DNA from: Phaeosaccion multiseriatum
Taxonomy: Eukaryota > Protista > Ochrophyta, other classes
DNA: 64,000 nt
Reading direction: 5' to 3'
Assembly (NCBI GenBank): GCA_965112735.1
Contig: OZ218955.1
Coordinates: 1,550,001 to 1,614,000 of the forward strand
The position numbers were made by a program, and so were the translations under genes. The notes beneath the pieces are model-generated. The model worked only from the letters and a program-made list of their open reading frames with translations. It did not search any database and was not told the DNA's origin. Positions within the stretch are counted from its first letter, which is position 1. Each line of letters opens with the position of its first letter. Shown in pieces: positions 17,515 to 30,610 of this stretch.

Positions 17515-17556
<42 letters not shown>

Positions 17557-20500
17557 CTGCGCGGCTCCCCACCACAGTGGATACAGCATCGCCTGACATA
17601 GCCATCCCCTCCCCACGAGAGAAGCCCAATGGAGGACTCCGGCCTTGGCGGCCCGGCACGCACTTCCAAACCAGCGACGCATGTCTTCGATAAAGAAGGT
17701 GCCGATCTGAAACGGCTGTCGTGGGGGGTACTTCTGGCCCTCCTTGTTTGGGTTCTGCTGCGCACTGTTGATGACCCGGCCCAGGCTGCCGCTCTTCGTC
17801 TCACCCTGGTACATGGGGTAATGTAGCACCACCTACCACACAACAGAGATGTTGTAAGGAGAAGGAAGGAGAAGAAAGGGTTATTTAGGAGAAAGTAAGG
17901 ACTAAGTCAGGATACGCAGGGGGTGGTAAACAAGAGGGAGGAGTGTTGCACAGTACAACAGTACCTGTGAGTACCAGAGCGAGCTGAAAGTAGGGAAATG
18001 GCTGAAGGTGAAAGCTACCTCATCCAAAGCCAAAGCCAAAGCCAAGCCCACAGACAAGCACAGAACAAGTCAAGTCCACACACACAGGGTTTACCTTCTG
18101 TCCCACGTGTTGGTAAAGGCCAGCGGGCGGCGCTCGGGTGACGATGTCGTTGGCGTTTTGTACCCGCCACTGCTCTGCCCCCACCTCGCGCTTCAGCTGC
18201 CCGAACCGCACGGCGAACTCTTCGTTGCCTTTGTATCGCACAGAGAGGGGACAGGGGCGAGGGTGGGGTGGGGGTGGGGAACTCACTCGTCAAACTCACT
18301 CTCACTCCCTCGATCTCTCTCTCACCCACCCACCCACCCATGCACCCACTCCCTCACTCACCGATTCTGGGTTGGCCGACAGTGTAACTGCCCATGCATC
18401 GGAACATGTCCTTCAAGCGGAGGTCCCCTGCTACGGCGTCTGCCATGGGGATCCCTCCCAACACGCCTGTCAGGCTGGTGTCATTGGCGCTGCCCTCGAG
18501 GCTCCATTCTCCCATGAGGCGGTACATGAAGAGTGTGGCCACTGCAGCCCCCAGTGAGTGGCCGGTGATCCACAGAGTAGGTTTCGCCCTGGAGGAAGAG
18601 GAGGAGGAGGAGGCATTGATACGTTGCCAGGCTCGAAGGATGTCACGCTTGATGTCCTATACAGGAAAAGAGGGAGGGAGGGAGGGAGGGAGAGAGAGAG
18701 AAAGGGAGGGAGGGAAGGAGGGAGTGTGAGTGCTAGTGCTGTAGCCTTGACCCATCCATTCAACCCCCCCCCCGCCACACACACATGGACAACTCTTGAG
18801 CGCGCCAAGTTGCCACAGAAGCATCCAATCCATATCGGTGTCAGGTCTTCGGGATTGCTTATTGCTTACGATAAGGTTCAACTAAACTGAAACTGAAACT
18901 GATTGGGGATTGCTCGGTTTCAGGTTTCAGTTTTCCAGTTTTTTCAGCTTTCAGTTTCTGTGACCGTACCCTATCGAACACAACCATAACACATGGGGAT
19001 GACGCACGACTAAGGGGGTCAAATGAAACTGAGCCTGAAACTGACCTGGTAGGTGTAGTCATCGTGCTGGGGGTTGAAGACGGCTTGGTAGAAACCGTGG
19101 TGGATGCGGATGTTGTCGCGAGCAGGGCCCACCAATACAGGTGCGACAGCCGCGTCTTGTGTTGTGTGTGGTTTTGAGTGTGAGGGAGGGAACGACGGGG
19201 TGAGGGAGTGGCAGTGAGTGAGTGAGTGAGTGAGTGAGTCAGTGAGGGGATGAGGGACTGAGGGGGTGAGAGCGTAAGTGAGTGAGTGAGTGAGTGAGTG
19301 AGTGAGTGACGGGGCGAAGGAGTGACAGTACGTGAGTTGCCAATTGTCAGTTGTCGGGAGGAGGAGGTTGGGGGTTTGGTGGGACGACGACACAGTGTGG
19401 ACCATCATGACAGGTCATACGTGTGCGTGTGTGTGCGTGAGTGTGTGTGCGTGTGTGTGGTAGGTACGTGTGTGTGTGCGTGTGTGTGTGTGTGCATGTG
19501 TGCGTGTGTGCATGTGTGCGTGTGTGCGCATGTGTGTGCGTGTGTGTGTGCGTGTGTGTATGTGTGCGTGTGTGCGCGCGTGTGTGTGTGCATGCGTGTG
19601 TGTGTATATATGCGTGCCTAGTCGTACCCGCGAGGATCATCGCCGCTGAGAGCGGACTCGTGCCCTGGAAGGCAAGAACGATGAAGTTGTGCTTCTCACT
19701 CCAGAACAGAGTGGCAAATGCGGCTTCTCCTAGTCCCACCTCCTGCTCGAAGCTTATCCTTCCCTCCACCTCTTTATCTACCCCGAAGCCCCACTCCTCG
19801 ATCTTCTCCTGAGAGAGGGGGAGGGAAGGGGAGGGAGGGAGGGAGGGCGGGAGGGCGGGAGGGGGAGGGAGGGAGGAGTGAGAGAGAGAGGGAGAGAGAG
19901 AGGGGGGGAGGGAGCGAGAGAGGAAGAGCTATGACAAGAAAAAGTAAGAAATAGAGGGACCAACAAGAAGGCCAGCGACAAGCAAGAGGAGTAGCCCTCC
20001 CTGCCCCATCCACTGCCACCCCCCCCCCACCCTCCCGCCTACCTGCACCAGCTCGCCCCTCTTGATGCGTGCGTTGTCTTCATCGCTGAGTCCATCATAA
20101 AAGTCCATCTCAGTACCGTGGAATTCGTAGGCCACTGAGGAGAACCTCAACAGGAGGGTCGATAGAGTGTGGCAGTAGGACTTGGGGGTCACAGAAGCCC
20201 ATGGAACGGCAGTCACGTTGGCTGTGGGATGGGGAGATTGGGAGGGGAGGGGAGGGGACGGGAGGGAGGCGGCGGAAGAAGGGGTAGAGCAGAAGGAAGG
20301 ACGAGAGGGGATTAGGGGAGAGGATGAGCAAGCTGGACAGGGGGGATGAATCCCTCCGCCACAAGCGAATGCAGCCTTCGGGGTGGGACTCAGTGGGTCC
20401 GTCCTCCTCGTCCTGTAAAAGCAGGCAGAAGTGATGCCTCCTAGTCGCTGTGTGTAAACGAGCCGCGTGCCTACACCATGCTCCCTACCCACCCGAACCC

Positions 20501-21268
20501 ACCCGACACCCTCCTGTTCTCTCTTGACCTCCTTCACTCTCCTGCATACTTACCTCTGACAGCGTTCTTGGCCTCTTCACCAGCACCCTGGCGCTGCAGG
20601 CTACCCAGGAGCAGGTGACGCTTGATGTCTACTCTGATGGCGTAGTTTGCAATACTAAAGCCGCCCCCAAACACATCGCCAGCCATACTGAGCAGGTCGA
20701 AGGCCCTACATACGTACAGAACGACGAAAATAAGGGCGAACCAGGGCACGAAGAAGACGGCCAGCACGACGGGCAGGAGGTAGTAGAAGACCAGGCGGAT
20801 CAGGACGAAGTCCTCCTCGTCCTCCGCCTCCTCCTCCGCCTCCCGCGCCTCCTTCTCGGTCAGCACGGGCACATGCGCCACAGATCTCTGGCGCATCAGC
20901 AGTGACGCGTGCGTCTCGGGGGCGGGGGAGGCGTCGATGTCGTCGTCGTCCTCGTCGTCCTCCTCTCCTCCCCCTGCCGCTGCTATCGCCGCTGCCAGCG
21001 AGGGTTGAGACTCTCCCTTACGGACGGTCATGGGCATCGTTTTGCCGGACTTCCTCCCATCCCGACCAAAGGTGCTTATCCTGAGGTGAACGAGGCCCTT
21101 GAGAGTTTCCGTGACAAGCCCCGTTATGGCGACACAGGTGTAGTTGACGGCGGCAGAAATAACAGACTTGGGAGTGGATAGCTTCAATGAAGTCTTGCGT
21201 TGGCTCTGTAGGAGGGGGTTGTCCAGCAAAGGGGTCTTACCCCGTCCTGGCTTGACAATCTCTGCCAT
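16798..21268 (-). CDS. Class 3 lipase (alpha/beta hydrolase) with an N-terminal transmembrane segment
   Basis: Spliced protein contains [36 protein letters not shown] (GxSxG nucleophile elbow), YTVGQPRIG|[23 protein letters not shown] and DHLPPGY (catalytic His region). Confidence 0.9.
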
Positions 21269-21609
21269 GATATTCCCTCGTCTCTCTCTTGGCGGGATGG
21301 GGTGCTGCCACTGGAGCCCGCCTTCTGAATCTCTTTCCCTTTCTTTTTCCTCCGACCTCCAGGACGGAAAACCCCTCCTCTACTCCCCGCTCTCCCGTTT
21401 TGTCTGCTGGATGGCGCACTGTGCCGTGGAGGAGCAGCGAGAGAGAAGAAAGGGGACGCACAGAAAAGATTGCGGAAAAAATTCGGGGAGAACTGAAACT
21501 CAAGAAGTTGGGCTCCCAAACGTGGCCACATTCTGATTTGGATTTTGGGGCTCAAATCCAAAAAAGGAAAAAGGGATCCAGAAGAACATCGTCAAAGAGA
21601 GCGCCAACC

Positions 21610-22921
21610 ATGGAGATGGCAGCGAGCGCCGTGAAGGGGACCTACAGTGGCATGCGCTCAGCGGCGGTGTACACCAGAGACGGTCCCTTGAGCCTGAGAT
21701 TGATGGGCGCCCTTGGAGGTGGGTTGATCGATCTTTTGGTCGTTGCGTTGAGGTGAGCCTTCCATCGTGTGCACAAGCACCACTAAACACTCCCCTTCAC
21801 TGATTGCTACACAGGACTGGCGCTGACAGGGGTGTCTTTCGCAGCCTTCTTTGGAAATCTGTGGACCCTCAATGTCATCGGGAGTTTGGTTCAGGCGTAC
21901 CTCCTCGTCTTCGGCCTCATCTCTTTCTTCCTGGAGTTCCATGAGAAGTGCCATTGCGTGCCCAAGCGAATCATCAATGGTATCTACGAGTACGCCAAGT
22001 TCCTAACGGTACGCTCGTGGTCAAATGCTTCTGCAGCACTGAATTATTTCACTCTCCCCTCACCCCCCCCCCTTTGTCTCTCTCCCTCTTTCCCCCACTC
22101 ACTCACTCACTCACTCACGCACTCACTCACTCACTCACCCACCCACCCACCCACCCACCCACCCACCCCACCATCCCCCCCCAACCCACCACCCACCCAC
22201 TCACCCACCCATCATGCTGCCCGCCTGATGCAATCAATCCCTGGTGCAGATGGTGTGGGGCCGCGGTATGTGGTACTTCTTCCTAGGCTCCCTCTCACTC
22301 GGGCAGTGGAACCTCCCGGACATCATAGTGGGGGCGTTTTTGATGGGGCTGGGCCTCGCCATGGGCTACTTCGGGAACCGGTGAGTAGCTCTCGTGTGCG
22401 TGGATGAGAGGGAGAAGAGAGAAGTAAAAGAGTGAGAGAGAGAGGTGTAGAGTGAGTGGCTTGGTTTGTATATGCGTGGGGGGGATGTAGGATTAGGTCA
22501 AACTTCGGGCCTTGTCTTTATCTCTGTCTTGCCTATCTGCACAGCTGTCGTCCCCTTCCCCTCGACGCGAATGCCATCCACTGCCATCCACGTACTCCCA
22601 TCCCATGTATTCTTCATGTGTATGCCTGACATCCACGTCATTAATTCAAGCGTCCATCAACGTATGTACGTACGTACGTACGTACGTATATGTATGTATG
22701 TATGTGTTGTATACCGTGTGTTGAATGTACGTACTCAGGGGCATGACCCGGCTCAAGGACATTCGCAAGAAAATCAAGGACGAGAACGACTTGAGAGAAA
22801 AGTTCGACGAGTACGACGTCAATAAGGACGGCTCTCTGGACACAAAGGAGATGGCCCAGGTCCGTTGAAGGACGCTGACGCTGACTTTGAGTTGCTATCT
22901 CGGTCTCTCTCGTTCTCTTTC

Positions 22922-23009
<88 letters not shown>

Positions 23010-23243
23010 CTCCGTCACTCCCCCCCCCCCCCCCCCGCGCACACACACACACTCACTCCACCTTTCTTTCTCTCTCCGCCCCCTGCCTCTCTCCCTCAGT
23101 TCTGCCAAGATCTCGGGGCGAAGCTCACGCTCGCCGACCTCGAAACTTGCGTCATGAACTTGGACCGCGACAACAACGGCAGGGTCGAGTTCAGCGAGTT
23201 CCTCCTATGGTGGATCAACCAAAAGTACGCCACGAAGGTGTAA
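21610..23243 (+). CDS. COPI-associated/TVP15-like membrane protein with a C-terminal EF-hand pair
   Basis: Five exons give GPLSLRLM...YLLVFGLISFFLE...YAKFLT|MVWGRGMWYFFLGSL (COPI_assoc pattern), then EF-hands DVNKDGSLDTKE and DRDNNGRVEFSE. Confidence 0.85.
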
Positions 23244-23546
23244 TTGATGTCAGTTTAGTTAGTCAAAGAGGGTCGAGAGGATAGTGGTGAATCCATTAGG
23301 AGTACAGTACCTACGCCACTATTTAGTGTAGAGCAAAGTCGAGAGATCGATAGGGTAGGGTAGTCGCAGGCAGGACGGGTCGTTGAAAGAGCGGAAGGAC
23401 AGGGAGGAGAAAGGTCGTGGGAGGGCGCGGGGCAATTAGCGCAATTGAGTTATGTTGGAGCGCAATTGAGCGCACTTGGTGCTTTTCACCCTTGTGTTTG
23501 GCTTGCGGCGGTCGCAAGCGGTTGTTAAATATTCATGAGTCAGTTT

Positions 23547-24281
23547 TTACAGTTGTAGGTTTTTTTTTTTTGGTGCTATAGACTTCCCTACAAACTCAAG
23601 GTAGTGTCGAACGCTCGCCGCTCGCATTGGCACGTGATGACCACCCTCGTGCACGTGCGTCTCGGCGTGTCCATAGTACTGCACAACGGCCTCTGACTGC
23701 TCGGGTTTAATTAGGCCATCAGTTTCGCCCCAAACGTGGAGACTCGGCGTTGATATGGTGGGTATTGACTGCGGCTGCTGGATTCTTGGTGTTGTTGGTG
23801 TTGATGTCGATGTTGTTACTGCTGCTGTTGTTTCCACGGTGTTGGTGAATGCATTGGGAGGGAGGGCCGCATCGTAGCCGGCAACCTGAATAGAGAACTG
23901 CAGGCCTGGCAAAAAGGGGGAAGCGACCTTTGGGTCGTCTTCGAGAAAAGCGTGCTGCAGACACAGCAAGTGCACAAGCCGTGCCCCTTGCGAGAAGCCA
24001 AGCAAGCCAACAAAACCGCCCGTGCTCCATTCTGCTCGAACCAAGTCAAAGCTCTCTTGCAGACCTGCGTAGCAGTCGCCGTCTCGATTCCACCAGGTTC
24101 GCATATTGGCATCCTCCGGGTGGGGAAAGGGCGCATCCAAAGTAACCAAGTCGATATTGAGGGTGGATCTCAACTTCTTCCGCAAAGGGTGCATGCGGCC
24201 CAGAAAGAGCTCGCCTGTTTGTCGATTGCCATGCAGTACCAGCAGCTTCTTGCTGGTACTGCTTGTCTTCTCCTCCGCCAT
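23547..24281 (-). CDS. FSH1/OVCA2-family serine hydrolase, intronless
   Basis: LLVLHGNRQ, GLLGFSQGA (nucleophile), PSLHVWGETD (Asp), HEGGHHVP (His). Confidence 0.92.
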   Translation of the reverse strand: MAEEKTSSTSKKLLVLHGNRQTGELFLGRMHPLRKKLRSTLNIDLVTLDAPFPHPEDANMRTWWNRDGDCYAGLQESFDLVRAEWSTGGFVGLLGFSQGARLVHLLCLQHAFLEDDPKVASPFLPGLQFSIQVAGYDAALPPNAFTNTVETTAAVTTSTSTPTTPRIQQPQSIPTISTPSLHVWGETDGLIKPEQSEAVVQYYGHAETHVHEGGHHVPMRAASVRHYLEFVGKSIAPKKKNLQL

Positions 24282-24540
24282 TAGCTCTCAGTGCAATAAG
24301 TTGCACACCAGCTTGGCCCTCCCGTGCCAACTTGGTGAAGGGACCTCCGAGCTAGAAGCCAAAGCCGCAAGTGTGAAGACGAGGCCCAGTCTCGCTGTCC
24401 CTCGCTGTGTCTCTCTCTCGCTCTTTCTCTCCCTCGCTCTCTCTCTTTTTTTTGGTCCTCGATCTGTTGTCAAAAGATTCGTTACTTTTAGGCACCACCC
24501 TCTCCATACCCCTCTTCCGGCAGTCGATCTCTGAAACAGC

Positions 24541-27449
24541 ATGGAGGGTACCAAGGCGGGGGAGCATCAGACCCAAGGAGGAGCAGTAGCACCAGCAGTA
24601 GCAGCACCAACCACAGGTCCATCAGCACCAGCAGAGCCGCCGCAGAAGACGCTAAGACAGGCAGCCCTCGAGATCCAGAGACTGCTTCGGACGCGCCGGC
24701 CGCGGAGCTGTGCCGGTGTTCCTGCAGAGGCACACCAATTGCCACCCTTCATCCCGAAAATACAGTGGACAGAGCTCGGTAGGTCTCTCTCTCTCTGTGT
24801 GTGCGTGTGTTTAATACACGCATCCGAGAGGCGGAGGGAGCGAGAGTGCTGCCTCCCTGCCTTTCTCTCTCGCTTTGTCCTTCCGCCTCTCTCTTGTCTT
24901 CCAGACGGCCGCTCTCACCCGCACGAACCACACTTTTGCTCAATAATGACCCAGGGAACTTGCTCAAAGCGGCCGAGAATCCTCATGACAGTGTGCCTGG
25001 GGAGTACTGGATCTCGCTTCGCCTGGACGGGAGTGGCTTCAGCACTTTGCTCAAGAGGATGAGGGTAAGCATGAATAGGCGTACACTTGGATAGGTGGAT
25101 GCATTGCCTTCTCATAACCCCCCTTTTTCGTCCTTGTGCATACCCAACCAAAAGGCTGAGGGTATCTTCAAGGACGGAGGCCACAGCCCGGAGTTTGGCG
25201 ACATGATGAAAGAGGCTACCGCGTCCTTGATGAGCAAGTTCACAGGTATGCTCTGAGTAGGTACAGGCAAACAAAGTAACACGCAAGGCACACCCGTCTA
25301 TGTGCTTGCGCGACAGACCGAGATGAACCCGACCCACGCACCCACAGGCAGGCAAGGGAGATGTGGCAGTTACATGTAGTTGTTTGTGGTTGATCGGCCC
25401 CGCACTTGCTCTCCCTCTTCCACCTCCTCTCCTTGTCTGCAGCGAAATGCGGGTACACGCACAGCGACGAGATCACCTGCCTCATCCCTCCTGCACGGAT
25501 ACTTCGAGACAAGCAGAATGTGAGGGCGCTAACCTACCTACTGCTTTACTTGCCACTACTTTACTTGCCACTGCTTTACTTGCCACTGCTGCTCTGCTGC
25601 TGCTGCTTTCTATCTTGCTGCTCGCTGCCTTTCGTCTTGTCTGGCACCGATCCAACCTTCTCTCTTTCCCTCTCCTCCCCCCCCCTCCCTCTCTCTCTCT
25701 CCTCCCCCCCCCCCCTTTCTTTCTGTCCCCTTACAGGAGCACGGGTACGGAGGGAGGGTGGTGAAACTCATCACTCTCGCCACTTCCCACGTGACTGCGC
25801 TGTTTTGCTATCGCATCTTAGAGCTTTGCAGGAAGATTAACTTCAATCTTCCCATGGACATGCTACCCCAGTTCGACTGTCGAATGGGTGAGTGAGTGAG
25901 TGAGGGTGTGAGTGAGTGAGTGAGTGAGTGAGTGAGTGAGTGAGTGAGGGAGGGAGGGAGTGAGTGAGTGGGGGTGTGAGTGAGTAAGTGAGTGAGTGAG
26001 TGAGTGAGTGAGTGAGTGAGTGAGTGAGTGAGTGAGTGAGTGAGTGAGTGAGTGAGTGACTGAGTGATGGAGTGAGTGAGTGAGTGAGTAAGTGAGTGAG
26101 GGAGGGAGTGAGTGAGTGGGGGTGTGAGTGAGTAAGTGAGTGAGTGAGTGAGTGAGTGAGTGATAGGGTGATTGGGTGATTGGGCAAGTGAGCGAGAGTA
26201 AGGGAGGGAGGGACGAAGGGAGGGAGGGAGTGAGGGAGTAGTAAATCTGCATACGCCTCCGTAGTACACCGGACTAGTACTAGCCCTATCCCCCCTCTCT
26301 ACCATCTCTACACTTCCCTCCCCTCCCCTCCCCTCCCACCCCTACCCTACTCTCCCTAACCACAACCCCAACGCCTCCACTGACATACTACACCCGCCCC
26401 CCGCCCCCAACAAAGGCAAATTCAAGACGGAGGAGGAGGCGATGGCCATGCTGTGGTGGAGGGCGTACGACTGCGGAGTGAACGGGGTGTCAGACACCGT
26501 CCACCTTCTTGCCGCAAAGGGCAGCGTCAAGGGGGCTAAGAGCGTGGCCCGCAACACAACGGAGGAGAAGCTGGGCTGGCTCTACAAGCACAATCAGCTA
26601 CCTCTGCCGCCACATGTGGTACGGGGGTGGGAGGGATGGCAGTGGATGGGATGGAGGCTATCGTGCCCTGTCCCAAGTGCCTCCGCCAACGTCGCGCTCT
26701 CTTTCTCTCTCTGTATCTGTCTATCTATCTCTCTTTCTGTCTCTGTATCTATCTGTTTTGTCTTTCGTAGTCCAAAGCTCACCACTTCCCTCCCGCATCC
26801 TTGCTTTCCCCCTTCCTTCCTTCTTTCTTTCCCTCCCTCCCTCCTTGTTCCTCTCTGATGAAAGGCGTACGGCTCTCTCTTTGTCCGTGTGAAGCGTAAC
26901 CGTATCGGCTTCAACCCCCGAGACAATGTTGAAGTACATTGTCTGCGGGGAACAGTGGAGCAGGTGAAGGGAACGGTGCTGACTCTGACGGCCCGAAATG
27001 AGCTCATTCCACCCGACGACAAGCTTGATCCCTCCATCCTGGAGCTGACGGGGGAGGAGAGGAAGGCTGTAACGCTCAATAGAGAGGGGGTGGAGCGAGG
27101 GATGAACGATCGGAGCTCGGGTGCACGGGGGCAAAAGAGAGAGCGCAAGGGGAAAAGAAAGGGGGGGCAGCACAAGAAGAAGAACAAGGAGAAAGGGGCG
27201 GAAGGGAAGGATGCAAAGAAGGGTGGGGAGGGGGAGGGGGAGGGGGAGGGGGAGGGGAATGGAAAGAAGGAGGACGGGGAGGAGGGCGAGAAGACGAAGA
27301 AGGAGGCGGGGGAGGGGGAGGGAGAGGAGGGCCAAGGGGTGGCGTGCAAGAGGAGCAAGACGGAAGGAGGAACGACGGCCTCTGACAAGGCGGAGGAAGC
27401 GACTGCCGCAGGCCCAATAGGCAACGAGATGGACGACTCGGGCACATGA
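24541..27449 (+). CDS. THG1: tRNA-His guanylyltransferase (Thg1/TLP family)
   Basis: Seven exons give ISLRLDGSGFS and GYTHSDEIT (the two metal-binding Asp motifs), YGGRVVKL, PQFDCR, WRAYDCGVNGV, EKLGWL and YGSLF, followed by a Lys/Glu-rich tail. Confidence 0.9.
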
Positions 27450-27538
27450 AGAAAGGCGCTCCCGGATAGCGACCAACGTCGTACGCAAAAGACGTAACGT
27501 AACGTAACGTAACTGAGATGGAGGCTACGAAGCTCCAC

Positions 27539-27745
27539 GGTTGGCACCCCTTAGGAAGTCAGCACTTTAGCAGTTCGATTCATTGGCGAACCCTCCATAT
27601 CCCTGGCCGAGGCTGTAGAGCTCAAGGGCTCAAAACAAAACCAATCAATCGAATTGCCCCTCAAGGCTGTAGAGCTCAAGGGCTCAAAACGAAACCAATC
27701 AATCGAATTGCTTCTCAAGTGCTGACTTCGTAATGGGTGCCGACC
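27539..27745. mobile_element. MITE-like element with imperfect terminal inverted repeats
   Basis: Left end GGTTGGCACCCCTTAGGAAGTCAGCACTT (27539-27567) is the reverse complement of AAGTGCTGACTTCGTAATGGGTGCCGACC (27717-27745) with 3 mismatches. Symmetry continues inward (TTCGATTCATTGG / CCAATCAATCGAA). There is an internal ~47-bp direct duplication and no ORF of note. Confidence 0.6.
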
Positions 27746-27749
27746 AAAC

Positions 27750-27859
27750 GTGGTAGTAGGGGGCCCTGACAGGTCCTGACACTCCTTATGGACGACATGG
27801 AGGGTTCCGTAGTGGTAGTAGGGGGGCCTGACAGGTCCTGACACTCCTCCTATGGACGA
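27750..27859. repeat. ~47-bp direct repeat x2 (GTGGTAGTAGGGGG.CCTGACAGGTCCTGACACTCCT..TATGGACGA)
   Basis: Copies start at 27750 and 27812. Confidence 0.9.
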
Positions 27860-28203
27860 GTCCATGACTGATAGAGGGGGGAAGCTCCCGGTAGCGGGCA
27901 GTGATGATGAAGCCCATCGGGACGGTAATCATGACTGGCCTTCCAGAAGCTGTCTACCAGCGACTCTATCGTACGACAGAAGGTGGCGAGAAGGGAAGGT
28001 TGTTGAAGAAGTCCGTTACGACTTGTCGTGTCATTTTGTGCCTCATCACCGCCACCAACCAAAGGGGGTGGTACACTTCAGAGGGTGGATGTCATGGTAG
28101 ACTAGCTTCGACACTGTCCTCTTCCTGTTTTGCTGTGTTGCTTTCTTCTATATATATATATATATATATTCACCAATGGATTGGCAAGTTTTGTCAATCC
28201 GTG

Positions 28204-28694
28204 TTATTGCATGGCAGAGACAAGCTCCTGGGCGGCCCCTAATTTGGCCTGCAGCCGCTCGCCCAGCACAGCGGCTTTAGAATTGGCCTTGGCCTTGGCT
28301 GCTGCTGTTGCCGCTGCCGCTACATCTTTGCGGCAAGCATCACTACTGCTTTCACCACTGCTCTTTTCACTACTACCACTACTGCTACCCGCACTACTCG
28401 TCTTCACACTATTCTCACTACTACTCTCGCCACTTCTACTTTTGCCACTGGCGCCAGCATTGACGCTACAATCCCCTCCTCCTTCCCCTTGCCTCTCCCC
28501 CGCTGCTGCTGCTGCTGCTTCTTTCCCCTCCGTATATGTTCTGTACACGTCAACGAATGCCCGCATAAGCTCACTCAGCCCCCTCAGGGCAGCTCCAATG
28601 GCGCCTCCCTCGAGGGGTGGGTACAGCATGGCGCTCATCTCCGAGCAGTGGTCGCACACATCCTTCACGGCCCCGAGAAAGGACATGCAAATTT

Positions 28695-28729
<35 letters not shown>

Positions 28730-30556
28730 GGTTGTGGGTGTTGTTGGGGGGGGGGGGGGGAGGGGGAGAGAGACAAGAAGAGGGGCCAGGGTCACAGGGG
28801 GAGTTGGGTGGGTTGGAGAGGAGTAGAGAGGGGACGCAGCGCATTAGGGCGGAGGGGGGGAGGGGGGGGGGGGGGTGGCACAGCGCCACCAGCAAGTGCC
28901 TGCCCCTCTTTCTCTCTCCTTCCTTGTCTTCTTCTCTCTCTCCTCCCCCTTTCTTTTCTTTTCTCCCCCCCCCTTCTCTCTCTTTCTCTCTCCTTCCTTT
29001 CTCCTCCCCCTTTCTTTTCTCCCCCCCCCCTTTCTCTCTCCTTCCTTTTCTTTTTCTCTCTCCTCCCCCTTCTCTTGTCTCCACCCCCCTCTCTCCCTCT
29101 CTCATCCACTGACTAATACACACACACACACACACCTTGTGCGTGGAGCCGTCTGCAGGCAGGCCGGCAAGCTCATCGTTGGCGACTTTGATGACACCCC
29201 TCGCGGATTTGAACACGTCCAGCACGGCCGCAGCCGCCACCCCCTCCCGCTTGGAGTAGCCTCCAATGTCGTCAAGATCGGCAAAGTCGTCGAAATCGTT
29301 ATCATCATCATCTTCTTGGTCTTCTTCTTTGCTCTTCTTACTGCTGCTGCTGCTGCTGCTGCCTGCCACTCTCTTGGAGGAGGAGGGATCCAAACTCAGT
29401 GCTCCGAGCCCTGCCGAGACGCCGCTTCCTCCCCCACATCCTCCTTCTCCTCCGTCCTCCTCCTTCTCCTCCTCGTCGTCGTCGGCGTCGTCGGCCTCCT
29501 CCACCATGGTCTGGAACTCGTCTATGGAGTCCTTGAGAGTGAGAGACCACTCCAGCATCCTCCTCCTCACTGCCATTTGATTGGTCTTGGGACAGCTCGT
29601 CAACACCTTGCACGCCTCCCACACTGCGACAGAGAGAGAGAGAGCATTGTATTTTGATGATGGCATAAACCATTAGAGAGGCACCCAGCAGCATGGACCC
29701 CAGCGAGCAGGAGGATGGTCACCACACAGATCCGCACCTTTTCCCGTGTGCATGGGGACCTCGTCCTTCCTCCCACCAACCACGGCGCCTGTGAGGTCCT
29801 GCAGAGTGAGGAGTACGCCCTTGACGGCCTTGGACAGCAGCTCCACGAGGGGTTCCCCCGCGCCGAGTCTGCTTGACACGCTGCGTGCGCAGTGTGTGTG
29901 TTGGCGGAGGCAGAGGCAGAGACAGTAGCAGCGGGCAGACACAGGGAAGGTGAAGGGGAGGAGAGGGGAGGAGGAGGGGCGTCACAAAGGATGGTGGCCG
30001 CCTGTTCTCCACCTTGCTCTGCTCCTCCTCCTCTTCCTTCCCCCTTTTCTTCTTCGACTACTCACAGCAGCGAGGACTGGAGGTGCTCTGCCCATCCACC
30101 CATCTCGTCCAGCATGCTCCTGCTCACATCTACTCCAGGGTCGGACCCGAAGAGAAGCGCAAAGCGAGTGACCCCCGTGTTGATGGATGCTCCAGCGCTC
30201 ATCATTACAGACAAGGCCACCGACAGATCGGATCCAGCCTCCTGCCAACCCCCGGTTGGCCCAGCCACGTCATCTGAACCCCCTCGTGTATCCTCCGTGA
30301 TCGATGAGTTTCGACTTGGAGGAGGAGGTGGCGGGCAGGCTTTGGTTGTTGTTGGTAGCGACAGACTAGAGCCGTGGAGCAGGTCCCTGAGCTTTCCCTG
30401 GAAGGCACGCAATAGTTCCAAAGACCCTGCGCTCCACCATTCCGCGGCCTCTTCTCCTCCTGATGGTGAAGGCGCGGCAGCGGTACCAGCAGCGGCGACA
30501 ATGGCAGCCATTAAGGATTGGATTGGCTTTGGCCCCCACCCAACTTCCAGTGCCAT
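28204..30556 (-). CDS. CCNDBP1: Cyclin-D1-binding protein 1 / GCIP-like
   Basis: Four exons give GVTRFALLF...GAGEPLVELL...TGK|VWEACKVL..CPKTNQMAV...LKDSIDEFQTM, an acidic loop, and MSAMLYPP, as in the GCIP family. Start at 30556 or 30511. Confidence 0.8.
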
Positions 30557-30610
30557 CCTAGCCTAAGAGTAAAGCTACCGCTAGACAGGCCATCATAACG
30601 GGTCGAGATC

